Positions 1 to 6,326 of a DNA stretch of 7,972 nucleotides are shown one piece after another (the first letter of the stretch is position 1; each line of letters opens with the position of its first letter). The DNA is taken from IMG/VR virus record IMGVR_UViG_2681813263_000012. One strand, 5' to 3'. Below the pieces are notes generated by a model. That model saw only the letters and a program-made list of their open reading frames with translations. It had not been told where the DNA came from and ran no database searches. The stretch comes from a virus (Duplodnaviria; Heunggongvirae; Uroviricota; Caudoviricetes). A program made the position numbers and the translations under genes.

Positions 1-12
1 AGTGTAGCGGTA

Positions 13-984
13 TTAAGCGCAGCTATTTAGTGAATTAAGTAAATTAGTCAGTGACCTTGTAAAGTCTGTTAAACCTTCCTGTGAACCATCGAACATTAAG
101 GCCAGATTATTATTCCATGAATTACTTAAGCGGCCTAACTGCGTCTGAGTAGAGTTAATAATCTTTTCCCATCCACCAGCTTTATCAATCATCCTTCCCA
201 TTTCAGCGGATACTTTAGGAAGAACATCTTTAGAAAGAACCTTACCGTCTTTCATGGCCTTGTCTAATTCTTCCGTAGTCATCCCAAGACTTCTGGCAAA
301 TAACTGAAAAGCACCTGCCATTCTGTCACCTAATTGACCGCGTAGCTCTTCAGCCTGAATCTTTCCTTTAGATGCCATCTGCTCGAAAGCTTTTAAAATC
401 CCGTTAATTTCATCGGTGCTTAGCCCCATTAATCTGGATGTACCAATCACATTAGAAAATAAGGATTCTTTCTGGTCTGCATTCATATCACCAGCACCAG
501 CGGAAAACTTAGCAAAACTGCTTAATGTTTCAATCTGGTCTACACCACTACTATCAGCAAGATTCTTAACAAATTCTGTAGCTCGTTTAGCACCTTCATC
601 ACCTAAAACGAATTGTGCCGCTCGTTGTGATGCTTCTTTTTTCAGACCAACCTCCATAATCCGCCTGTAAGCTTCTAAGGCTGTCTGAAAACTATAAATG
701 GCTGTACCTGCTTTGATTGCACTCGTAGCTAATACATCCAGACTATTTGAAGCATTTTCACTGTGATTATTTTTGCTGGTGGTCTTGTTAAACTTAGAAA
801 GTGTTTCACGAAGAGACTGATTTAACTTTGCTAACTCACGATTAAAAGTTTCGTTTCCAAGTGTCTTGGATTTACTGCTTAAGCTGTAATACTGGCTTTT
901 AAAATACTTCTCAAGCATAGGATTAAAGTCACGAAGCTTGCTCATATTCGCTGAGTAAGCTGCTGTGATTGCTCTGCTTCCGCT
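13..984 (-). CDS. Tail tape-measure-domain protein, C-terminal 324 aa visible; 5' end lost in N-run
   Basis: Minus-strand ORF ending in TAA at 13-15. Visible segment contains ...KGKIQAEELRGQLGDRMAGAFQLFARSLGMTTEELDKAMKDGKV..., which I recognise from memory as the conserved tape-measure domain motif of phage tail length tape measure proteins. The true start is inside the N-run, so the 689-aa ORF-track length is not real. Confidence 0.55.
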   Translation of the reverse strand, partial: SGSRAITAAYSANMSKLRDFNPMLEKYFKSQYYSLSSKSKTLGNETFNRELAKLNQSLRETLSKFNKTTSKNNHSENASNSLDVLATSAIKAGTAIYSFQTALEAYRRIMEVGLKKEASQRAAQFVLGDEGAKRATEFVKNLADSSGVDQIETLSSFAKFSAGAGDMNADQKESLFSNVIGTSRLMGLSTDEINGILKAFEQMASKGKIQAEELRGQLGDRMAGAFQLFARSLGMTTEELDKAMKDGKVLSKDVLPKVSAEMGRMIDKAGGWEKIINSTQTQLGRLSNSWNNNLALMFDGSQEGLTDFTRSLTNLLNSLNSCA

Positions 985-2065
985 NNNNNNNNNNNNNNNN
1001 NNNNNNNNNNNNNNNNNNNNNNNNNNNNNNNNNNNNNNNNNNNNNNNNNNNNNNNNNNNNNNNNNNNNNNNNNNNNNNNNNNNNNNNNNNNNNNNNNNNN
1101 NNNNNNNNNNNNNNNNNNNNNNNNNNNNNNNNNNNNNNNNNNNNNNNNNNNNNNNNNNNNNNNNNNNNNNNNNNNNNNNNNNNNNNNNNNNNNNNNNNNN
1201 NNNNNNNNNNNNNNNNNNNNNNNNNNNNNNNNNNNNNNNNNNNNNNNNNNNNNNNNNNNNNNNNNNNNNNNNNNNNNNNNNNNNNNNNNNNNNNNNNNNN
1301 NNNNNNNNNNNNNNNNNNNNNNNNNNNNNNNNNNNNNNNNNNNNNNNNNNNNNNNNNNNNNNNNNNNNNNNNNNNNNNNNNNNNNNNNNNNNNNNNNNNN
1401 NNNNNNNNNNNNNNNNNNNNNNNNNNNNNNNNNNNNNNNNNNNNNNNNNNNNNNNNNNNNNNNNNNNNNNNNNNNNNNNNNNNNNNNNNNNNNNNNNNNN
1501 NNNNNNNNNNNNNNNNNNNNNNNNNNNNNNNNNNNNNNNNNNNNNNNNNNNNNNNNNNNNNNNNNNNNNNNNNNNNNNNNNNNNNNNNNNNNNNNNNNNN
1601 NNNNNNNNNNNNNNNNNNNNNNNNNNNNNNNNNNNNNNNNNNNNNNNNNNNNNNNNNNNNNNNNNNNNNNNNNNNNNNNNNNNNNNNNNNNNNNNNNNNN
1701 NNNNNNNNNNNNNNNNNNNNNNNNNNNNNNNNNNNNNNNNNNNNNNNNNNNNNNNNNNNNNNNNNNNNNNNNNNNNNNNNNNNNNNNNNNNNNNNNNNNN
1801 NNNNNNNNNNNNNNNNNNNNNNNNNNNNNNNNNNNNNNNNNNNNNNNNNNNNNNNNNNNNNNNNNNNNNNNNNNNNNNNNNNNNNNNNNNNNNNNNNNNN
1901 NNNNNNNNNNNNNNNNNNNNNNNNNNNNNNNNNNNNNNNNNNNNNNNNNNNNNNNNNNNNNNNNNNNNNNNNNNNNNNNNNNNNNNNNNNNNNNNNNNNN
2001 NNNNNNNNNNNNNNNNNNNNNNNNNNNNNNNNNNNNNNNNNNNNNNNNNNNNNNNNNNNNNNNNN
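985..2065. other. N-masked gap (1081 nt)
   Basis: Uninterrupted run of n. It hides the 3' end of the 2066-2590 gene and the 5' end of the tape-measure-like gene. Confidence 1.
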
Positions 2066-2590
2066 CTGAAGAATCTCTTCATCTGTTTTATCAGTCATCA
2101 GAATAAATTGACCAGAACCCCTTAATGCTTGTCTGACATCAATTAACCGGAACCCTTCAGGGATACTTTGAAGAACTTTAGGAACGTCTTCAATCGCTGT
2201 ACCAAAACCATCATTAAAGTTTCCTTCATAATAGATAAACGGGTTTGACTTAATCTCGTAAGCAATATCATATTCTGAAGGTTTCGAGGTTTCTTCGAAG
2301 TTCTTAACAGCATCGTAAGCGACATCAAGTCTAAGACGCTGTGATTTTAAAGCTGGGTAATATTCACGCTCAAGCTCAAATAGTGCTTCAGTTTTGCAGA
2401 TATCAGGCATTTCTTGAGGCTCAGGAGACACAAAGGAAATTACCTTTGGTGACATCTTTAGCTCTTGCTCAAGCTCAATGCGCTTGTCATGCTCTTGACG
2501 CTGAATAGTATGTAGCGGATGTTCACCCTGTGGTGACCAGTCTCCGAAGCTATCAACCTTTTTACCGTTAATATATAAATCGTTTGTCAT
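2066..2590 (-). CDS. Hypothetical phage protein, N-terminal 175 aa visible; 3' end in N-run
   Basis: ATG at 2590-2588 preceded by AGAGGA about 8 nt upstream on the minus strand. Open frame continues uninterrupted to the N-run (MTNDLYINGKKVDSFGDWSPQ...). No family recognised. Confidence 0.6.
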
Positions 2591-2614
2591 TATAATTTCC
2601 TCTAAGTGTGGTTA

Positions 2615-2692
2615 TTTCTTAATAGAGCACCTTCAACGCCAATACACTTAGAAGATGACTTAACGATTTATTAAAGATGCTCTATTAAGAAA
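2615..2692. repeat. Perfect 15-bp inverted repeat (arms 2615-2629 and 2678-2692) with 48-bp spacer, in the leader of the 2590 gene
   Basis: tttcttaatagagca at 2615-2629 is the exact reverse complement of tgctctattaagaaa at 2678-2692, checked base by base. Confidence 0.8.
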
Positions 2693-2721
2693 AGCCCTAA
2701 ACATAATCTGTGAAGGGCTTT
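2691..2721 (-). terminator. Candidate hairpin, weak intrinsic terminator or leader structure
   Basis: 8-bp stem aaagccct (2691-2698) / agggcttt (2714-2721) with a 15-nt loop. On the minus strand it is followed by tcttaat, only moderately U-rich. It abuts the right arm of the 15-bp inverted repeat. Confidence 0.25.
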
Positions 2722-2769
2722 GGAGGTTTGCTTATAACGTTAACGAAGTTTCAGGAAAACTTTCTTTAA

Positions 2770-2816
2770 NNNNNNNNNNNNNNNNNNNNNNNNNNNNNNN
2801 NNNNNNNNNNNNNNNN
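2770..2816. other. N-masked gap (47 nt)
   Basis: Run of n. Confidence 1.
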
Positions 2817-2912
2817 TCATTCGTTCACCCCTTAGTTTATTTGTTATTTCAATTTATAGAAGCACACTCAGCAATCAGAGGTGAAGAGTCTGACTGAACA
2901 AGAACCTGCCAA

Positions 2913-3578
2913 NNNNNNNNNNNNNNNNNNNNNNNNNNNNNNNNNNNNNNNNNNNNNNNNNNNNNNNNNNNNNNNNNNNNNNNNNNNNNNNNNNNNNNNN
3001 NNNNNNNNNNNNNNNNNNNNNNNNNNNNNNNNNNNNNNNNNNNNNNNNNNNNNNNNNNNNNNNNNNNNNNNNNNNNNNNNNNNNNNNNNNNNNNNNNNNN
3101 NNNNNNNNNNNNNNNNNNNNNNNNNNNNNNNNNNNNNNNNNNNNNNNNNNNNNNNNNNNNNNNNNNNNNNNNNNNNNNNNNNNNNNNNNNNNNNNNNNNN
3201 NNNNNNNNNNNNNNNNNNNNNNNNNNNNNNNNNNNNNNNNNNNNNNNNNNNNNNNNNNNNNNNNNNNNNNNNNNNNNNNNNNNNNNNNNNNNNNNNNNNN
3301 NNNNNNNNNNNNNNNNNNNNNNNNNNNNNNNNNNNNNNNNNNNNNNNNNNNNNNNNNNNNNNNNNNNNNNNNNNNNNNNNNNNNNNNNNNNNNNNNNNNN
3401 NNNNNNNNNNNNNNNNNNNNNNNNNNNNNNNNNNNNNNNNNNNNNNNNNNNNNNNNNNNNNNNNNNNNNNNNNNNNNNNNNNNNNNNNNNNNNNNNNNNN
3501 NNNNNNNNNNNNNNNNNNNNNNNNNNNNNNNNNNNNNNNNNNNNNNNNNNNNNNNNNNNNNNNNNNNNNNNNNNNNNN
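2913..3578. other. N-masked gap (666 nt)
   Basis: Run of n immediately downstream (minus sense) of paralog B. It hides the paralog B 3' end and whatever follows. Confidence 1.
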
Positions 3579-3873
3579 GAATATTATCGCTATACAAAAT
3601 TGCTATAGCCGCCTTGAGATATTTTTCAGGGCTAACGCTGTATTTGTTCGTTTCTTCGATAATAAGACGCTTCATGTTTGAGTCGGTAACAGGAAACATA
3701 AAACGCGGTTCACCAGTTTCAATTTCCTGAATAAAGTCTTCAATTTCTTCTGAGTTTTCAGCCATTAGCTTTAGTAATTTATCAAGGTCAATTGATACAC
3801 CGGAATCAGCGAAAGCCTGCACCATCATAGCAGTGTCGCTATCAATGAAAATCTGTAATTCATATTCGTTCAT
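3579..3873 (-). CDS. Small hypothetical protein, paralog B of the 4515-4838 gene; first 98 aa visible, 3' end in N-run
   Basis: ATG at 3873-3871 with AGGAG 8-9 nt upstream (aaaaggagattttaaaaATG). The protein MNEYELQIFIDSDTAMMVQAFADSG...AILYSDNI aligns along its whole length with the 4515-4838 product. The ORF-track TTG start at 3906 is unlikely. Confidence 0.7.
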
Positions 3874-4211
3874 TTTTAAAATCTCCTTTTTACCAGACCT
3901 CCTCAATCGCTCTGTAACGAGCTAAACAGTCTTTTTCAGGGGTAGCCTGTACAGTGGTATTACCCACCCTAAAATAAGATAGTTTTTTGCGTTAGAATGC
4001 GATTGAGAGCGTCTGATAAGCTGTTTTTCTAATTTCTCTTAAAGTCTCGGACTACCAATAACCTAATTCCGCTTTATTTCGTTCAAACCATTCCGCTGTA
4101 ACTGCTGTCTTTAGTGTTGCGTTTGGGCTGGTGGCATGAATGAAGATATCTTTTGGATTGCAAGCATCACCGAAACCACCTTCTTTGATGAGCAGGTCTG
4201 ATACATGCTTA

Positions 4212-4222
4212 NNNNNNNNNNN
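4212..4222. other. N-masked gap (11 nt, not a multiple of 3)
   Basis: Run of n. The reading frame across it cannot be trusted. Confidence 1.
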
Positions 4223-4384
4223 GCAAAGGATTCAATAATGAATGAACAAGAGTACTTTTTGAGATAGCCTCTCAGACTAACCTGAAAGGCCATGACGAAA
4301 AGCATTGCACCTTTCCAACTCAGAATATCCATCCATCGGATTATTGAAAGAAAAATAAGAGAGAATTGCTCTCCCATAATTAAA

Positions 4385-4413
4385 ATTATGCCATGCTTAA
4401 GGTTATTTGTCAA
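4385..4413 (-). promoter_or_regulatory. Candidate sigma70-type promoter (TTGACA-17 nt-CATAAT) reading leftward
   Basis: Minus-strand TTGACA at 4413-4408, a 17-nt spacer, then CATAAT at 4390-4385. A weak hairpin and U-tract follow at about 4377-4346 (gggagag-caatt-ctctctt then ttattttt). Confidence 0.35.
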
Positions 4414-4437
4414 CAGCTTTTTAACAGGTTGATAACA

Positions 4438-4515
4438 TCAATTCTTATTTACCGCATTGTTAATAATACAACCAACAAATAAGCCAAGCAACGTCCAAGC
4501 AATTATTAAACCCAT
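4438..4515 (-). CDS. Candidate 25-aa hydrophobic peptide (MGLIIAWTLLGLFVGCIINNAVNKN), translationally coupled to paralog A
   Basis: Its ATG at 4515-4513 overlaps the paralog A stop as TAATG. GAGGG lies about 9 nt upstream. A single predicted transmembrane-like helix, then TGA at 4440-4438. Too short for the ORF track; found by manual translation. Confidence 0.3.
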   Translation of the reverse strand: MGLIIAWTLLGLFVGCIINNAVNKN

Positions 4516-4838
4516 TAGTGAACCCTCACAGAATCCGTCACCAGAATATTATCACTGTACAGGATTGTCACAGCACCTTTCAAAAATTGCTCTGGGGAAA
4601 TACTGTATATGTTCGTTTGCTCGATAACCAATCTTTTCATGTTGCTGTCTGTAATTGGTAGCATCATTCGAGGCTCGTTAAACTCCACCGACTGAATAAA
4701 GTCAGAGATGTTTTCTGCATTATCAGCCATCAGCTTTAGTAATTTATCAAAATTAATTGCGATACCTGCATCAATGAAGCTTTGCACCATCATAGCAGTG
4801 TCGTTATCAACCATAATTTGCATTGGGTAATTATTCAT
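4515..4838 (-). CDS. Small hypothetical protein (107 aa), paralog A
   Basis: ATG at 4838-4836 with AGGAG about 8 nt upstream (cataggagatttaaaaATG); stop TAA at 4515-4517. Product MNNYPMQIMVDNDTAMMVQSFIDAGIAINFDKLLKLMADN... The longer ORF-track start at 4961 lacks an RBS and lies in the leader. Confidence 0.75.
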   Translation of the reverse strand: MNNYPMQIMVDNDTAMMVQSFIDAGIAINFDKLLKLMADNAENISDFIQSVEFNEPRMMLPITDSNMKRLVIEQTNIYSISPEQFLKGAVTILYSDNILVTDSVRVH

Positions 4839-5005
4839 TTTTAAATCTCCTATGAAACACACCTCAGACCTCTTAAAATAGCCATTCTGAGGCCAGTAAC
4901 CATGCGGGTTACAGAGGGAGTTGCACTGGCTGGTAAGGTAATTTATCAAATTAAGGTGCAACTCTGCCTGTAAAGTGCATTCTACCGTTTCTTAGATGGT
5001 TATTT

Positions 5006-5425
5006 TTAATTGTCTTTATTAATCAATGATTTAACGTAGAAATACTGTCTCCGTGAAATACCATATTTTTCTGTAATGTATCGCTGAGATTGACCAGCAT
5101 TTATGGCCTGAGTGATATCATCACGGTTATAGCGGTTACCACGGGATTTATATTTGTCACCATCCACATCTTCTGAGGTATTGAAGTCTTCAATCAGCTT
5201 AATTGCATCGTGAAGGTCATCTTCTGAGGCATAATCGAAGGTATGGATAATCTCAAAATCACCAGTATCTGCTGGTGCATTCTTCCATCTGGAGAAGCGG
5301 GATTTTAATTGCTGGTGTGTGAAGGGTTCAGCATTACGAGTTAAATCTTTCCATGTTCCGTTATTCTCACGGACAAGGTGACCTCTATGGCGATAAAACG
5401 CATGATAATCAAATGTGCATAGCAT
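5006..5425 (-). CDS. DNA-binding protein with C-terminal Hin/resolvase-type HTH (139 aa)
   Basis: Start overlaps the upstream RHH gene stop (TAATG). The C-terminus ...ITQAINAGQSQRYITEKYGISRRQYFYV fits the helix-turn-helix pattern of resolvase/invertase C-terminal domains. The N-terminal domain is unrecognised. Confidence 0.7.
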   Translation of the reverse strand: MLCTFDYHAFYRHRGHLVRENNGTWKDLTRNAEPFTHQQLKSRFSRWKNAPADTGDFEIIHTFDYASEDDLHDAIKLIEDFNTSEDVDGDKYKSRGNRYNRDDITQAINAGQSQRYITEKYGISRRQYFYVKSLINKDN

Positions 5426-5715
5426 TAAACCCCCAGCTTATCCGCCAGTTGATGAACCTTGGCACTCAACACCTGAATCATTGAGCAACCTGCCACTGCG
5501 GACTGTGCTTTGAGTAGTTCCAGTTGGCCCGTTGTGATTCTGATGGCCTTAGAACCCTCTGCAACGCCCTTGATAGCGTCAAACGGTGTAAGGGCTGTGT
5601 GTTCCTTCAGAATCTCACCAACAAGTGCTGTGTGGCTCATGGCTGGGTATTTGTCTTTGATTGCTGCCAGTCTGGAATATGCCTCTGGCAAAAGGCGTGT
5701 AACTGTGTGTCTCAT
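5425..5715 (-). CDS. Ribbon-helix-helix (CopG/Arc-like) DNA-binding regulator, probably tandem RHH (96 aa)
   Basis: ATG at 5715-5713 with AAGGAA about 8 nt upstream. N-terminus MRHTVTRLLPEAYSRLAAIKDKYPAMSHTALVGEILKEH fits a beta-strand/helix/helix RHH fold pattern. A second similar unit (KAIRITTGQLELLKAQSAVAGCSMIQVLSAKVHQL) follows. Confidence 0.65.
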   Translation of the reverse strand: MRHTVTRLLPEAYSRLAAIKDKYPAMSHTALVGEILKEHTALTPFDAIKGVAEGSKAIRITTGQLELLKAQSAVAGCSMIQVLSAKVHQLADKLGV

Positions 5716-5853
5716 TAAATTTTCCTTCTTAAAATCTTTGACTTATAACTAACTTTAACATATTTATAACATATTGTCAACAACTCATTTACATGTTAAT
5801 ATGGTTGTAGGGGGCTGATACAGGTCATTCCCTTTGATAAATAAGGGGAATTA
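5716..5853. promoter_or_regulatory. Divergent AT-rich intergenic region with promoter-like hexamers and a 9-bp direct repeat (candidate operator)
   Basis: TAACATATT at 5756-5764 and again at 5767-5775, spaced 11 bp. TTGTCAA at 5774-5780 reads as TTGACA on the minus strand and TTGTCA on the plus strand. TTGACT at 5738-5743. Plus-strand TTGTCA-17-TAATAT at 5774-5802. Confidence 0.4.
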
Positions 5854-6039
5854 ATGGGCTTTCTTGAAACAATTGCTGAATCTCACAGATTCGCAAGCTT
5901 AGGTTGCTTTGTGTTTCTGGTGCTTCTTGTGTATCAGCTTTTAAAAATGATTATCGCCAAAAGTACACGATTCAATTTCAGCATTAAGCTTTTCAAATAT
6001 GAAATCACAATTACGATTGATGATGGTAAAACAAACTAA
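5854..6039 (+). CDS. Candidate small membrane protein (61 aa, one hydrophobic helix)
   Basis: The only plus-strand ORF with a good RBS (AAGGGG 5 nt before ATG at 5854). Hydrophobic stretch LGCFVFLVLLVYQLL. Its stop overlaps the stop of the convergent minus-strand gene, so it could be antisense noise. Confidence 0.4.
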   Translation: MGFLETIAESHRFASLGCFVFLVLLVYQLLKMIIAKSTRFNFSIKLFKYEITITIDDGKTN

Positions 6040-6326
6040 CGTTTTGTGATAATATTGGTGGCCTTTAAGTTGCTGGGGTCACCGTCTTTTAATCGTAGCT
6101 GGTGGATTGAATTCCAGATATCAAAATGATACAGCACTGCAAACCTCAAAGCGTCAATCTTTAAATCTGTCACACCATCGTAAAAGAAATAACCCCTCCC
6201 TTCTTTCTTTGGTCTAATCCGGTAAACTTCCCCGTGAGTATCCTTCATAAGATGACCTTCACGAGAAATGCTGTAACGCTTTAACAGGTAATCTTTGTAT
6301 CTCTTTTCACCGTGATATTCTTTCAT
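6036..6326 (-). CDS. Hypothetical protein (96 aa), possibly nuclease-like
   Basis: ATG at 6326-6324 overlaps the upstream stop (TAATG), with GGAGG about 9 nt upstream. C-terminal ...HFDIWNSIHQLRLKDGDPSNLKATNI only loosely resembles HNH-type motifs; this is not a confident assignment. Confidence 0.6.
   Translation of the reverse strand: MKEYHGEKRYKDYLLKRYSISREGHLMKDTHGEVYRIRPKKEGRGYFFYDGVTDLKIDALRFAVLYHFDIWNSIHQLRLKDGDPSNLKATNIITKR

Noticed and set aside
416-670. 84-aa plus-strand ORF
   Set aside because: Antisense shadow of the tape-measure-like gene, with no RBS.
13-2082. 689-aa minus-strand ORF from the six-frame track
   Set aside because: It runs through the 1081-nt N-run; the stretch of X is not sequence. 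Only 13-984 is supported, and the true start is unknown.
965-2125. Plus-strand ORFs 965-2125 and 969-2069
   Set aside because: They consist almost entirely of N-derived X codons.
2143-2328. 61-aa minus-strand ORF
   Set aside because: It lies wholly inside the 2066-2590 gene in another frame, with no RBS and a low-complexity product.
929-2590. 553-aa minus-strand ORF from the track
   Set aside because: Same artefact: only the N-terminal 175 aa (2066-2590) is real sequence. The short tail at 929-984 is just the frame re-emerging after the N-run.
2875-3906. 343-aa ORF with TTG start, and the plus-strand ORF 2881-3681
   Set aside because: Both span the 666-nt N-run. The real gene is paralog B starting at ATG 3873 with a good RBS; the TTG at 3906 has none.
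4111-4413. 100-aa minus-strand ORF starting with TTG
   Set aside because: The start codon is the TTG of a TTGACA -35-like hexamer and the frame crosses an 11-nt N-run. Kept only as an uncertain region in findings, not called as a gene.
4839-4961. N-terminal extension of paralog A (MHLNLINYLTSQCNSL...)
   Set aside because: No RBS at the upstream ATG, and the extension covers the dyad-rich leader. The ATG at 4838 has an AGGAG and matches the paralog B start.
5006-5715. Classic type II toxin-antitoxin pair (RHH antitoxin plus toxin)
   Set aside because: The downstream protein has an HTH and no RelE/ParE/CcdB-like features that I can recognise, so a toxin-antitoxin assignment is unsupported from sequence alone.
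5510-5752. Plus-strand ORFs 5510-5752 and 5524-5718
   Set aside because: Antisense to the RHH gene, cysteine- and serine-rich odd composition, no RBS.
6036-6326. Confident HNH homing-endonuclease call
   Set aside because: The resemblance (HQLRLKDGDPSNLK) to HNH-type motifs is loose, and the paired histidines and metal-ligand spacing are not clearly present. Left as hypothetical.
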